Positions 27,549 to 38,453 of a DNA stretch of 64,000 bases are shown one piece after another. The position numbers and the translations under genes were made by a program. The number at the start of each line of letters is the position of its first letter. Position 1 is the first letter of the stretch. The notes under the pieces were generated by a model. It worked only from the letters and a program-made list of their open reading frames with translations. It had not been told where the DNA came from and made no database searches. The DNA is from Candidatus Hydrogenedentota bacterium (GTDB taxonomy: Bacteria > Hydrogenedentota > Hydrogenedentia > Hydrogenedentales > JAEUWI01). The stretch covers positions 15,354-79,353 of the forward strand of contig JAXMOL010000039.1 of NCBI GenBank assembly GCA_034669905.1, read 5' to 3'.

Positions 27549-27719
27549 ATGGGGAAATTCCAACAGGTCCTTCTGTTCATGTTGGTCACGGTGATGGCCC
27601 TCAGTATAAGTGGCTGTGCGGTGCCTAGGGCGGCCGCAGGGGTCACAAAGGGGGTCGTAAAAGGCACGGGGAAGGTCGTCCATAAGACCGGTAGCGTGGT
27701 GACCAAGCCCCTGCGCTGA
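27549..27719 (+). CDS. Small basic lipoprotein (56 aa)
   Basis: RBS AGGAG overlapping the hemE stop; lipobox ISGC; amphipathic VTKGVVKGTGKVV. Confidence 0.7.
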   Translation: MGKFQQVLLFMLVTVMALSISGCAVPRAAAGVTKGVVKGTGKVVHKTGSVVTKPLR

Positions 27720-27826
27720 CCGACAAACCGGGGACAAACCACGGATGAAACACCGTTGGGTCGGTACATTTTCTCCCCCTTAAATCATATGCTATACTCG
27801 GCGCTCAACCGAATGAAGGAGAAGTT

Positions 27827-28873
27827 ATGGCTACCGTAGGTTATGGAATTATCGGATGCGGAAACATCGGACCAATCCACGCGGCGAGCATCGCCGAAGT
27901 GCGTGGGGCGCAATTGGTCGGAGTGGCCGACGTCCGTATGGAAACGGCAAAAAAACTTGCCGACCAATATGGCGCAGATGCTTTCGACGATTATAAAGAA
28001 ATGCTCAAGCGGGATGATATTCACGCCATTTCCTTGTGCGTTCCCAGTGGGTTGCGCATGGAAATCGCCGTCGATTGTGCCAAGGCGGGCAAACACATCC
28101 TCTCTGAAAAGCCCTTGGATGTAACGACGAAACGTATCGACAAGATCATCAAGTCCTGCGATGATGCGGGCGTGAATCTCGGCTGCATTTTCCAGAGTCG
28201 CTTTGCCGAAGGGTCCGAACAGATCCGCAAGGCCATTGACCAGGGCCGTTTCGGGAAAATAGTCCTGGGCGATGCCTATATCAAGTGGTTTCGCTCCCAG
28301 GAGTACTACGACAGTGGTGCCTGGCGTGGCACGTGGAAGTTTGATGGTGGCGGTGCCCTGATGAATCAAGGTATCCACTACATCGACCTCCTCCAGTGGT
28401 TTATGGGACCGGTGAAATCCGTCTACGCCCGCACGGCGCTGGTGGCCCACGAAGGCCTGGAAGTGGAAGATCTGGCTACGGCCATCCTGGAGTTCGAAAA
28501 TGGGGCCCAAGGTGTGATCGAAGGCAGCACGGCCATCTGGCCCGGGAATCCGGCCCGTGTCGAAATTCACGGCACGGAAGGGAGCGCCGCCATGGAAGAC
28601 GGCAAGATCGTCTCCTGGCAATTCAAGAAGAAGCGCGCTGGCGACAAGAAAATTGAAGCCGCCATGGCCGGTGATTCTGAATTGGGCTCCGGTGCGTCTG
28701 ACCCCCTGGCCAGTCTGAAAATTGAAGGCCACCGGCGTCAGATTGCCGACTTTACCAAGGCCATTCAAAAGGGAGTGCAGCCGGCCATTCAGGGGCGTGA
28801 AGGTCGTCTGGCCGTAGCCCTCATTGAAGCGATCTACAAGTCGGCCAAGACCGGCAAGGTGGTAAAGCTCTAG
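27827..28873 (+). CDS. Gfo/Idh/MocA oxidoreductase
   Basis: GIIGCGNIG, EKP, GGGALMNQGIHYIDL; extended -10 TGCTATACT at 27790-27798. Confidence 0.93.
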   Translation: MATVGYGIIGCGNIGPIHAASIAEVRGAQLVGVADVRMETAKKLADQYGADAFDDYKEMLKRDDIHAISLCVPSGLRMEIAVDCAKAGKHILSEKPLDVTTKRIDKIIKSCDDAGVNLGCIFQSRFAEGSEQIRKAIDQGRFGKIVLGDAYIKWFRSQEYYDSGAWRGTWKFDGGGALMNQGIHYIDLLQWFMGPVKSVYARTALVAHEGLEVEDLATAILEFENGAQGVIEGSTAIWPGNPARVEIHGTEGSAAMEDGKIVSWQFKKKRAGDKKIEAAMAGDSELGSGASDPLASLKIEGHRRQIADFTKAIQKGVQPAIQGREGRLAVALIEAIYKSAKTGKVVKL

Positions 28874-29043
28874 GCCCTGGTGCAGGAGCGCGCTTTTAGT
28901 CGGCAATACGATTCGTAACACCCACCATACCTTTGCTATGGTGGGTGTTTCGTACCCTGAGGCGGCAGGGCGAGAGCGGTCCCTTACGTAGTCGTTTCCG
29001 GGGCCGATGGTATTCAAAACCTGGCAATACGAGGTATCTACAG

Positions 29044-30066
29044 ATGATGAAGTTTTCCTGTTATGTCCTGACGCTGGCGTTGGTGTGGGCCGCGGGCCTG
29101 GCTACTGCGCAAGAGCTGACCGCCGAAGAAGCGGCCCAGGTGATCGCCCGGGTCGGAGACGAAGAAATCACCGCAGGCGACTTCGCCCGTGACCTTCAGT
29201 TTCGATTGGCCCAGATGAAAGCAACCACGGGGAAAGAGGTCCAGGCCGACCTGCGTATCCGGCGTGCCCTGATGAACGAATTGATCCAGGAGCGAGTCTT
29301 AAGTATTGCCGCCCGAAACGCCGACGTTACCGTGGACGACGCGACGCTGGATGCGGAGTTTACGGAACGAAAAGATATCTTCGATTCGGAAGAAGCCTAT
29401 CAGGCCTATCTCGGTGCCCTGAAACTGACCGAAGATGAGCTGAAACGCCACATGCGGGCACGCCTGCGAATCAAAGCATTTATCGACGCCGAGACGGGAC
29501 CTATCGAAGCGAGTGCCGAAGAGATTGAAGAATACTATGCGCTGTTAAAGTCCCAGGGTACCATGACCCGAACCAATGATACGCGGGACATCGCCGTGAT
29601 CCTCTTCCGCGCCAAGGGCGGTACCGATGAGAGCTGGCGGGATGCCGAAGAGCGTGCGAAGGCGGCCCGGGAGCGTCTCACGGCCGGGGAGGCATTTGCC
29701 GACCTTGCCAAAGAGTTGTCGGAAGACCCGAATACCGCGCCAGACGGGGGTAAATTGGTTGAGATGCAGGTGGGGAGTTTCTATCCGGAGTTAGAAGAGG
29801 CCATGTCGGAACTTTCGATCGGTGATGTTTCCGCGCCGGTTCGAAGTGTCATGGGATGGTATCTTATCACCGTCCTCGAAGAAAACAGGCCGGGTATCGT
29901 GCCCTTGGAAAAGGTCGCCGACATGATTGAGAACCAGATTGTAGAACGGGAACGGAAAGCGAAAATCAAGGAGATTGTCGCAGAGGCTCAGAAGCTGATT
30001 CGGGTAGAAATCGTGAAAGCGGAAGATGCTCCGGAAGACGTGGAAGCTGCGCCGGTGTCCCAGTAA
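29044..30066 (+). CDS. SurA/PrsA-type parvulin peptidyl-prolyl isomerase
   Basis: Signal peptide, VIARVGDEEIT, GEAFADLAKELSED...GGKL, VSAPVRSVMGWYLI. Confidence 0.88.
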   Translation: MMKFSCYVLTLALVWAAGLATAQELTAEEAAQVIARVGDEEITAGDFARDLQFRLAQMKATTGKEVQADLRIRRALMNELIQERVLSIAARNADVTVDDATLDAEFTERKDIFDSEEAYQAYLGALKLTEDELKRHMRARLRIKAFIDAETGPIEASAEEIEEYYALLKSQGTMTRTNDTRDIAVILFRAKGGTDESWRDAEERAKAARERLTAGEAFADLAKELSEDPNTAPDGGKLVEMQVGSFYPELEEAMSELSIGDVSAPVRSVMGWYLITVLEENRPGIVPLEKVADMIENQIVERERKAKIKEIVAEAQKLIRVEIVKAEDAPEDVEAAPVSQ

Positions 30067-30151
30067 GTCGCCCCGGGCGATGGAGTAACGAAAACTAAAT
30101 GAGCGCTGGGGTACGTGGTGCCGCAGGGTGAATTCTAGACAGGAAGACCGT

Positions 30152-31417
30152 ATGAGCAAGACGTTGAAGTTGGGATTGATTGGCGCCGGGATGTTTGGCG
30201 GAGACGTACATCTGCGCACCTATCTGCAATTGGAACAGAATGGGTTGATCCCCTGGTTGGGTCGTCTCGGACTCGACAATATGGCCCGCAAGTTGGGTGA
30301 TATCGAAATTGACTTCGTGGCCCTGGCTACCCATACTCCCGCTTCCGGTGCGCGCACCCTGGAGCAGTACAGCAAACTGGGCATGTCCTTCGCCACCTAT
30401 CATGGTGAGACGCCCTGGATCGACCTCCTTGATGCCCATCCCGATCTGGATATCCTGGCGGTGGCCACCCCCGACCACCTCCATGCCGCACCCATCCTGG
30501 CCGCCCTGGAACGGGGCGTTCATGTCATCACGGAAAAACCGATGACCCTGGATACCGAAGAGGCCGACGCCATACTGGAAGCGTCGAAGAAGTCGGGCTG
30601 CATGGTGGGTGTCGATATGCACAAGCGCTACGACCCGGATCACCTCAGCATCCGCGACAAGATTGCCGACCGCATCGGCGAGCCTCTCTATGGCCGTGCG
30701 GTGCTGGAAGAGCCCCTGGAAGTCTCCACGGAGGTCTTCAAGAGCTGGGCCGAGAAGAGTGACCCCTTCAGCTATGTGGGATGCCACTGGACGGATCTCT
30801 TCATTGCTTACTTTGGCGTCAAGCCTGTTTCGCTGCATGCCGTCGGGCAAAAAAAGAAACTCCGCCAGGAACACAACCTCGACGCCTTTGATGCGGTCCA
30901 GGTGAAGGTCCAGTTTGATAACGGTATGAGTATCGATTTCATCAACAACTGGATCGTGCCGGATAAGTTTGAGGCGCCTGTGAATCAGGAAAGTCAGATT
31001 TTTGGTACCCACGGCATGGTGGAGTCCGATAGCCAGTATCGGGGACTCCGTTTCTGCACGACGGAAAACGGTACCCAAACCATGAACAACCACATGACCC
31101 GCGACGTCAAACGGGAAGACGGCAGCACCGGCTATGTAGGCTATGGCGTGGACAGCCTCGTCGTGTGTATAGAGAAAGTCGCCGAGCTAAAGTTTCTTGG
31201 CAAGACCCTGGAAGACATTCACAAGGGTTATCCTAATCCCGAAGAAGCACGCCTTTCTGTACTGATTGTCCATGCGGCCCGCGCCGTGGTGCAGCGCAAC
31301 CAGACCTATATCGAGGCAGGAAAAGGGGCCCCGGTGACCGCCGTATTCAATGAAGAAGGCATCACCATGTTCGACCCCTATGCCGGGCCCGAAAAGATCT
31401 ATAATCGGCCGGTGTGA
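30152..31417 (+). CDS. Gfo/Idh/MocA oxidoreductase
   Basis: GLIGAGMFG, VATPDHLH, EKPMT, HKRYDP. Confidence 0.88.
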   Translation: MSKTLKLGLIGAGMFGGDVHLRTYLQLEQNGLIPWLGRLGLDNMARKLGDIEIDFVALATHTPASGARTLEQYSKLGMSFATYHGETPWIDLLDAHPDLDILAVATPDHLHAAPILAALERGVHVITEKPMTLDTEEADAILEASKKSGCMVGVDMHKRYDPDHLSIRDKIADRIGEPLYGRAVLEEPLEVSTEVFKSWAEKSDPFSYVGCHWTDLFIAYFGVKPVSLHAVGQKKKLRQEHNLDAFDAVQVKVQFDNGMSIDFINNWIVPDKFEAPVNQESQIFGTHGMVESDSQYRGLRFCTTENGTQTMNNHMTRDVKREDGSTGYVGYGVDSLVVCIEKVAELKFLGKTLEDIHKGYPNPEEARLSVLIVHAARAVVQRNQTYIEAGKGAPVTAVFNEEGITMFDPYAGPEKIYNRPV

Positions 31418-31418
31418 T

Positions 31419-33968
31419 ATGGCCCGACGCGCCCGCGCTATAACCTTCCTCAGCCTGCTCGTGATGCTCTTCATTGGCATCGCAGCGGGGGGGCTGTTGT
31501 GGCGTTGGACGGGGGGCAACGTTCCCTGGGGTAGTACCCTCACCTGGCAGCAGATGGAGGGTTTCGTAGAGACCCAGGTTATCGCAGCCACCGATGTGGT
31601 GCTCGATATACGCCCGGCCGTGCAACGCCTGGAAGGGGTGGCCACGCTGACCGTCGCCGCACCCGGAGGAAATGGGGCGGAAGTGGCCGTCCTGCTGAAT
31701 CCCGGGCTTGCCCTGGATTCTGTGACGTTGAATGGCGAGCCCCTCCGCTATGACCGTTATCGCGAGCGTATCCGCGTCAGCCTTCCGCCCGACCAGAACA
31801 CCGGCGCCCTGCAATTCACCTATGGGGGGTGGCCGGAAGCGGTCAATAGCTCCACCCATGTGGCCAACGGCGATGAGCTCCTGCTCGACAAACTGCAATG
31901 TTGGTACCCGATTGATCTCAAGAATTTTGCTTCTTTTTCAGCCACCCTTACCGTGCCGGAGCACTGGGAAGTGGTGTGGGGGGGCGCCCTCAAAGAAAAC
32001 CAACTGAGCGATGGCCGCCGTCGGGTGGTCTGGGAAGAGACCCGACCCGTGTTGGCGGTCGGATTGGCTGCTGGTGCCTACGAGCGCCGGGCACGGGTGC
32101 AGGGAAGTATCCGATGTGCCGTCTACGGGAAAGGCCTCGATGAGGACGTCACCGATGCCCGCCTGGCCGCCCTGGGCGATGCCTATAATGCGCTGACGAC
32201 TCGGCTCGGCACGGATCACTATGAAGTAATCAACCTAGTTGAGAGTCCTGCGGTGGAGGCCACGGTCCATGGCGGGGGCTCCCTGATCTTTACTGGTACA
32301 CGTGCGCTTCGCGATGCCGACCACCTCTTTGTCGATCTGGCGCGCAACGTGGCCGCCAATTGGTGGGGCGACACGGTCTCCGGCCGGTGGTTCAGCACAC
32401 GGCCCGAAGCCGGGGAATGGATGGTGTCCTGTCTCTCCGAATTCAGTGCCTGGCAGGCCCTGCGGACCGTCAAGGGGCGGCGTTCCTATCTGCGCTATAT
32501 CGAAACCCAGGCGTGTCCGCCCCAGTTTGATGTGCCCATGAAGACCTTTAATCTCGGTCAGCGCCTTCGTCCCAATGGCGGCTTCGACGGAGAAGCCCTG
32601 CGGGTTCGCGGTGCGTTTGTGGCAGCGGTGCTCTCCGAGTATGCCGGCGCAGAAGCCTTTGAGCGGGCCTCCAAGAATTTCATGTCGGTACACCGGTATA
32701 CCACCGTATCGTTTGCGGCCTTTCTTCACGAACTCACCCTCGCATCGGAGCAGCCCCTCGAAGAATTGGTGCGTGTGTGGTTTGACCGACCGGGCACCTT
32801 TGATTACCGTGTTGCCCGGGTAGAAGAAGACGCGGGACGCGTCCATATCACCGTCGAGAACATGGGGGACATCCCCGCCTATGTCCCGTTGAAACTGGGT
32901 ATCATCACGGAGAACGGCTATCATACAGAGTCGCTTACTGTCGGAAGCAGTACCACGACGGTCCGTGTTGCACTGGATGGCCCCGTCCGCCGGGTGGTAT
33001 TGGATCCGGAATTTGAGGTAGGCGATATGCGGCGTGCCAACAATTGCTGGCCGGCTACCGAATGGCCCACGGCCTTTGTCGCCGGGGCCAACGGGCGCAT
33101 CGCCCTGATGCGCCAGGAGGAATGGGGTGAAGCGGAACCGCAAACGGTCAGTATCTTTTCGCGAATGGACAAGTCTCCTGAGTTTCAGCTGGTCGTGGGG
33201 ATAGATCGTCCCTGGTCGTTCGAATGGGACCCCGCCGGGCTGCAATTATCCTTCGCCAGTGATGCGCTGCAGGGGAGCTTTCAGCAGGGGCAGTGGCAGA
33301 TGACCGAAGGGCCACCCCATGCCCTGAAGGCATGGCACGGAAGGGAGCTCAAGACCTGGAACGAAACCGCTCTATTTGGAAGTCCCGAAGGGGGAGAAGG
33401 GAAAAGCCTGGTCGCTGTCGAGCAGGATAGCGGTGATGCGGTGATTGCCCGGGCCAATGGTCACCTGGTCCTGCTGGAGGGTGAAGGTGAGCGGGCCACC
33501 CTACTGGGAGAAGACATCTTTCCAGCGAACGACTTGGGGTGGCGCGCTGGCGAGCGCGCGCTGATCTACTTTGAACAGGGGGGCGATCTGGTTTTCCTGC
33601 CCCTGGAAGGCAATCTGCGCACGGTCCTGCTGCACCGAAATTATGCCGTGACCCGTTCCCGGGTAAGCCCTTCGGCCCAGTATGTCGCCTGGGTAGACCC
33701 GGCCGGCCTGCTTCGTGCCGTCGATGTAGTCTCAACCAACCCGGTCTATCTTTCCCTGCCCGGGGAAATCGTGGACTTTGCATGGGAGGGCGATGCGGCC
33801 TTGCTGGCCCTGGTGGCGACCATACCACGGCGGCTCCCCATGCGGTACCACGCCGATTACAGCCTGTGGCGAATTCCCGTTTCCACCTGGCAAGGCACCC
33901 AATTGCCCTATAATCCCGAGCAATTCGTACGCGATGTCCCCGATTCTACGTTGCCACTCCTGCCCTGA
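31419..33968 (+). CDS. Membrane-anchored M1 aminopeptidase-like protein with degenerate active site and C-terminal TolB-like propeller
   Basis: M1-like N-domain (WYP, LTVPEHW, LAAGAY); ARNVAANWWG in place of AHExAHQWWG; WFDRPG. Confidence 0.7.
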   Translation: MARRARAITFLSLLVMLFIGIAAGGLLWRWTGGNVPWGSTLTWQQMEGFVETQVIAATDVVLDIRPAVQRLEGVATLTVAAPGGNGAEVAVLLNPGLALDSVTLNGEPLRYDRYRERIRVSLPPDQNTGALQFTYGGWPEAVNSSTHVANGDELLLDKLQCWYPIDLKNFASFSATLTVPEHWEVVWGGALKENQLSDGRRRVVWEETRPVLAVGLAAGAYERRARVQGSIRCAVYGKGLDEDVTDARLAALGDAYNALTTRLGTDHYEVINLVESPAVEATVHGGGSLIFTGTRALRDADHLFVDLARNVAANWWGDTVSGRWFSTRPEAGEWMVSCLSEFSAWQALRTVKGRRSYLRYIETQACPPQFDVPMKTFNLGQRLRPNGGFDGEALRVRGAFVAAVLSEYAGAEAFERASKNFMSVHRYTTVSFAAFLHELTLASEQPLEELVRVWFDRPGTFDYRVARVEEDAGRVHITVENMGDIPAYVPLKLGIITENGYHTESLTVGSSTTTVRVALDGPVRRVVLDPEFEVGDMRRANNCWPATEWPTAFVAGANGRIALMRQEEWGEAEPQTVSIFSRMDKSPEFQLVVGIDRPWSFEWDPAGLQLSFASDALQGSFQQGQWQMTEGPPHALKAWHGRELKTWNETALFGSPEGGEGKSLVAVEQDSGDAVIARANGHLVLLEGEGERATLLGEDIFPANDLGWRAGERALIYFEQGGDLVFLPLEGNLRTVLLHRNYAVTRSRVSPSAQYVAWVDPAGLLRAVDVVSTNPVYLSLPGEIVDFAWEGDAALLALVATIPRRLPMRYHADYSLWRIPVSTWQGTQLPYNPEQFVRDVPDSTLPLLP

Positions 33969-33976
33969 GCCAGCGC

Positions 33977-36169
33977 CTATTCCGCAACGACGGTGCAGAC
34001 GGCCTGGACCGTGGCGGGGGCCATCGTTTCTGCAGGTTTCGCAGCCTTTTCGTAATGGAGGGGAAAACGGGACTGGGTGCCTTCTGCAGTCACTTCGATT
34101 GACATCGGGCCACTGGGATATTCGGAAATGTCGAGGGTATGGTGGCGCAAGGCCGGATCAGTCTCAATCAAATGGCCGTTTACCCGCAACGCGATACGTT
34201 CCGGCTCTTTGCCCAGCCAGTCCCATGACACATCCAGGGTATCGCCCCACACTTCGGCCCCGTCCGTCGGGTGGGCCAGCACCAATACGGTGGTCTCCGG
34301 CGTCTCCTGATGATAGAGGTCTACCAGCCCACGGAGCAGATTGAGGTAATAGAATCCCCAGCCACCGTCACCCCGATAGGCCGCGGCAGTGCGGGATACG
34401 GGCTCGATATCGTCACTGAATTCGATACTGTACGAATCCACGTAGATGTCTTTGTTGGGCCCATAGCCGAAGCCTTCCCACTGTCCCGCAAATTCCTGGT
34501 ATTGGTGCAGCTGCAGAAATCGGGGTCGGTGCTGCTGGGCTGCCCGGAAGCCCTGGAGAAAGGTCCAGCCGCCCCGTCGTCCGTAGGCCCCTTCTTTCTT
34601 CCATCCCCCCTGGGAAAAGAAGGCGCTGGACACCGTGAGGGCCTCCACGGCACCGTCGTACAACGTCGGCACGGGCGTCAGGGTAGCGTCCATCCAGGAC
34701 CAGAAACCATGTTCCTCGTGATCGTTAAACTCATGTTGGAAGGATTGGTACCGAACCGTGAAATTCGATTCATCGATACGGGAAGCGCCGGTGGCGTCTT
34801 TCCACTGGGGCCCACCACCGCTGTGCACCAGGAGCAGGGGCTTTTCGAGATAGGCTTCGAAAAGGCCCGCGAAGCGGGGGTTTCGCACATAGGTGCTGTG
34901 AATCCACTGAAGTTCCTCGTTTACGGCTTCCACCGTCGTGCTCGGACCATTGTTCAAACCGACGTAGAGCACGACCGTGGGTACGGAATGGCCCTCGTCC
35001 CGAAGAACTGCCAGCCCTTCGAGCAGTTGGGTGGTCGCGTGGATTACCTCATTGGTATTGCTGTCGCGCTCGTGCCAGTGCGATTTACCCCAGAGATGGT
35101 TGGTCCAGTCAACCACGAGGAAGTCGATGCCGGACTCTATGAGCCAAATCATCTGTTGGCGAATGACGTCGGGGTTCCACGACCAATAGCGGCCGGTAAC
35201 AGGGATGGCGTGGGTGGAAGCCCAATGGGCATAATGGGGCGTAAACCACGGCTCAAACTGAATGCCCACCCGGTGCGCGCGATTCCCTTCAACGCGGTGG
35301 AGTGTTCGGTCCGCGACAGTGACCATAAGGGGCTCGGAGAAGAGCCCTTCTGCCGGTTTTGGGGTGCCGGCAATATTCAGTTTCCCGTTTGGAAGCCCCG
35401 GCCAGTCCCTCATGGCCTTGCGATAGGGGCTCCAGTCGATAGCGGCGAGCACCTGGGGTTTTTCGCCATCCACTTCCGCCCGAAAGGGCCACCCATAGGG
35501 TGCTGCCGGAAAATAGGTCCAATCCGCATCGGTGACGAGCAAGGGGGGCGCACTGTCGTCGCCTCCGTCCACGCGCACCAGCAGCCCCGCAAGGCCACCA
35601 CCACCCGTGGCGGCAACGGAGAGCACGTTTTCTCCGGGGAGCAGGTGGGGTTGCAGATCGCCGACCGGTTCGTTCGTGCGCCAGCCGGATACCTGGGCGA
35701 CTTCCTCGCCATTCAAATAGATAGTGGCTTCGTCGTCTACGGCGACAAAAAGACGAAGGGGGGCGGTGTTATCTTCCACCAGGAAGGTCTGCTGAAAATA
35801 CTGCGGGCTGTCCTCTGCCGTGGTGTTGCCCCAAATCCATTCGCCCTGCGGTCCGCTGGAAAGGGGCGCTTCAACCAGCACCTGTACTTCCTGAGGGCCT
35901 ACGTTGGGCAGGGGGAGGTAGTGAATGGTCTGGCCGTTCGCGTCTGTCTTTTCAATGGCTCCCCACCGTTTACCGTTCACAAAGGGGATGACGCGATGTC
36001 CTTCCGCGGAGCTGCCGTTTCCGGTGCGGACTCGGGTCGTAAGTATGACGCTGTCACCCATGCCCACGGCCTGCTGGTCAAGGGTGGTATGCACCGTGTC
36101 GGCGGCGAAGGCAGTGGAGAGCAATGCCAGGGCGATGGTGGTCATGAGGGTATGCATGGGGCGCTTCAA
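33977..36169 (-). CDS. Secreted glycoside hydrolase-like protein (GH71/99-like barrel with galactose-binding-like domain)
   Basis: Signal peptide; VAVDDEATIYLNG...GENVLSV; GRYWSWNPDVIRQQ..GIDFLVVDW; DIEP; RBS GAGGT. Confidence 0.65.
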   Translation of the reverse strand: MKRPMHTLMTTIALALLSTAFAADTVHTTLDQQAVGMGDSVILTTRVRTGNGSSAEGHRVIPFVNGKRWGAIEKTDANGQTIHYLPLPNVGPQEVQVLVEAPLSSGPQGEWIWGNTTAEDSPQYFQQTFLVEDNTAPLRLFVAVDDEATIYLNGEEVAQVSGWRTNEPVGDLQPHLLPGENVLSVAATGGGGLAGLLVRVDGGDDSAPPLLVTDADWTYFPAAPYGWPFRAEVDGEKPQVLAAIDWSPYRKAMRDWPGLPNGKLNIAGTPKPAEGLFSEPLMVTVADRTLHRVEGNRAHRVGIQFEPWFTPHYAHWASTHAIPVTGRYWSWNPDVIRQQMIWLIESGIDFLVVDWTNHLWGKSHWHERDSNTNEVIHATTQLLEGLAVLRDEGHSVPTVVLYVGLNNGPSTTVEAVNEELQWIHSTYVRNPRFAGLFEAYLEKPLLLVHSGGGPQWKDATGASRIDESNFTVRYQSFQHEFNDHEEHGFWSWMDATLTPVPTLYDGAVEALTVSSAFFSQGGWKKEGAYGRRGGWTFLQGFRAAQQHRPRFLQLHQYQEFAGQWEGFGYGPNKDIYVDSYSIEFSDDIEPVSRTAAAYRGDGGWGFYYLNLLRGLVDLYHQETPETTVLVLAHPTDGAEVWGDTLDVSWDWLGKEPERIALRVNGHLIETDPALRHHTLDISEYPSGPMSIEVTAEGTQSRFPLHYEKAAKPAETMAPATVQAVCTVVAE

Positions 36170-36402
36170 CAGTCTTACCTCGTGTCAGGTTGCGGTTGGG
36201 ACGTTCGGTCCTGCTGATGGTACGGGATCTGGTGGTGCGGGTGCCAGTGCCGCGGCAGGTGACGGAGCCCCTGTCGACCGCGTATAATGCGCCGTTGGAC
36301 CTGTTTCTACCGTGTCCTGACGTGGGGTGGAAACATGGTTTTCGTGGAGTCCTGCCCCGGTGCGGGCGGACACCCCCATGAAGTTGGAATGAGGAGAGTG
36401 CG

Positions 36403-38223
36403 TTGCTTTTGGAATGGGATGGCTGGGTGACCATAGGCGTTATTCTGTCGGTATTTATCATCTTGGTGCGGGGCTGGGCTCCTTCCGACATGGTCATGAT
36501 TGCGGCGGCCGTTCTGCTGGGCGTCATCGGCGTGCTCGACGTGCAAACCGTTTTCGGCGGTATGGTCAATCCCGGCGTACTCGCTATTGGGGGACTCTTT
36601 GTCGTGGCGGCCGCCATGCGGGAGACTGGCGTCATCGATCTGGTCGGCGCACGTCTCTTGGGATCTGCCCGTACCGAAGGGGCGGCGTTGAGGCGTCTCG
36701 CTGTGTCGGTGGTGCCCCTGTCGGCCTTCCTCAACAACACCCCGGTGGTGGCCATGCTCGTACCCATGCTCTCCAACTGGTCGCGCAAGAACCAGGTGGC
36801 CGCTTCCAAACTGCTCATCCCCCTTTCTTATATGGCCATTCTGGGCGGCACCTGCACCCTTATCGGGACCAGCACCACCATCGTGGTGAATGGTTTGATG
36901 AAGGAACAATACGATCATTTCACCGCATTGGGTCAGACGGCGTTCGCCGATGGACTGAGGCGCATCGAAATGTTCGAGATCAGTATGCTCGGCATTCCTT
37001 TCGCCCTTATTGGTGTGGTCTATCTGCTGACTATCGGGCGCCGTCTCTTGCCCGAACGTACCGATTTGCTCCAGGAAACAAACAGTGGCTCCCGCGACTA
37101 CCTGGTCGATATGCGCCTGGAGCCGAGCTGTCGCCTTGTGGGCGATACCATTGAGGTGGCCGGATTGCGTCATCTCCCGGGACTCTTCCTCGTCGAAATC
37201 GTTCGCAACGGAAAGTGCATCACACCCGTGCGCCCCGATGAGGTGCTCCATGCCGACGATGTGCTGACCTTTACCGGGGTCCTGTCTACCATCGTAGATC
37301 TGGAACGCATTCCCGGACTCGTGCCCAATGCGGACGCCGGCTACGAGGCCGAAGCACCCCGCGCGCGGGATAAGGCCCTGAGTGAAGCCGTCATTTCGGA
37401 TCGCTCTCCCGTCATTGGCAAGACCGTGCGGGCGGCCGAGTTTCGTGCCCTCTACAATGCCGCCATTGTCGCCGTGCACCGGGGGGGGCAACGTATTCGT
37501 GGCCGCGTGGGGGATATCGTGTTGCAGGCAGGTGATACCCTCTTGCTCCAGGCCGATCCCCACTTTATCCGGGCACATCGTTACAGCCGCGACTTTTTCC
37601 TGGTGGGTGGTGTGGAGGAGGCTCGGGCCGTGCGCAATGACAAGGCCGTTATCGCCCTCGGACTCTTATTGGTGCTTATTGGGCTGATGAGTTTCGGCCC
37701 GTTGATAGGTTTGGATATCGCCCTCGCGGCCGCCTTGATCGCGGGGCTTATGGTCTTGACGCAGTGCATATCACCGGCCGTTGCCCGCGAATCCCTCGAC
37801 CTGCGGACGCTGATGACCATCGGTGGCGCCATCGCGCTCGGCGAGGCCCTGAAACAGACCGGTGGTGCCGAGTATCTCGTTGCCCAGTTCAATGTAGAAT
37901 CGCCGTACATCATGTTGGCGGCGATTTATATCATCACCAGCATCCTCACCGAATGCGTTACCACCAAAGGTGCCGCAGTTATCATGTTTCACATCGGGCT
38001 TGCCACGGCCGCGCAATTAGACGTCAGTCCACGGCCCTTCGCCATCGCCGTCGTTTTTGCCGCAGCCGCGAGCTTCGTTACTCCCCTGGGATACCAGACC
38101 AATCTCATGGTCTATGGCCCGGGTGGCTACCGCTTTACTGACTACATTAAGACGGGGTTGCCATTGAACGTGGTACTGACCACGATCGGAATCATTGCGA
38201 TCCCGTTTATATGGCCCTTCTAA
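36403..38223 (+). CDS. SLC13/DASS-family permease with two TrkA-C domains
   Basis: SAFLNNTPVV, GGTCTLIGTSTT, two RCK-C domains, TPLGYQTNLMVYGPGGYRF. Confidence 0.92.
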   Translation: MLLEWDGWVTIGVILSVFIILVRGWAPSDMVMIAAAVLLGVIGVLDVQTVFGGMVNPGVLAIGGLFVVAAAMRETGVIDLVGARLLGSARTEGAALRRLAVSVVPLSAFLNNTPVVAMLVPMLSNWSRKNQVAASKLLIPLSYMAILGGTCTLIGTSTTIVVNGLMKEQYDHFTALGQTAFADGLRRIEMFEISMLGIPFALIGVVYLLTIGRRLLPERTDLLQETNSGSRDYLVDMRLEPSCRLVGDTIEVAGLRHLPGLFLVEIVRNGKCITPVRPDEVLHADDVLTFTGVLSTIVDLERIPGLVPNADAGYEAEAPRARDKALSEAVISDRSPVIGKTVRAAEFRALYNAAIVAVHRGGQRIRGRVGDIVLQAGDTLLLQADPHFIRAHRYSRDFFLVGGVEEARAVRNDKAVIALGLLLVLIGLMSFGPLIGLDIALAAALIAGLMVLTQCISPAVARESLDLRTLMTIGGAIALGEALKQTGGAEYLVAQFNVESPYIMLAAIYIITSILTECVTTKGAAVIMFHIGLATAAQLDVSPRPFAIAVVFAAAASFVTPLGYQTNLMVYGPGGYRFTDYIKTGLPLNVVLTTIGIIAIPFIWPF

Positions 38224-38453
38224 TCGCCATGGGCTCGTCTGGCGTGGAATAGGCGTCCCGCGTGTCATGTCGTGACGTAAACCGTGAGCTGGCCGAAATC
38301 TTTGGGGTGCCGTTTTGAAGAGGGGGAGGGCCCCGACGTCCGGGGGGATATGCTGCGGGGAAATCTTTCTCGCCACCTGGTGGGTGTCAGGGCTGCTCCG
38401 TTTGCCGCGTCGGGGCAGTCTCCGCCTGCGGCGCGTCTTCGACCCGCCAGCGG

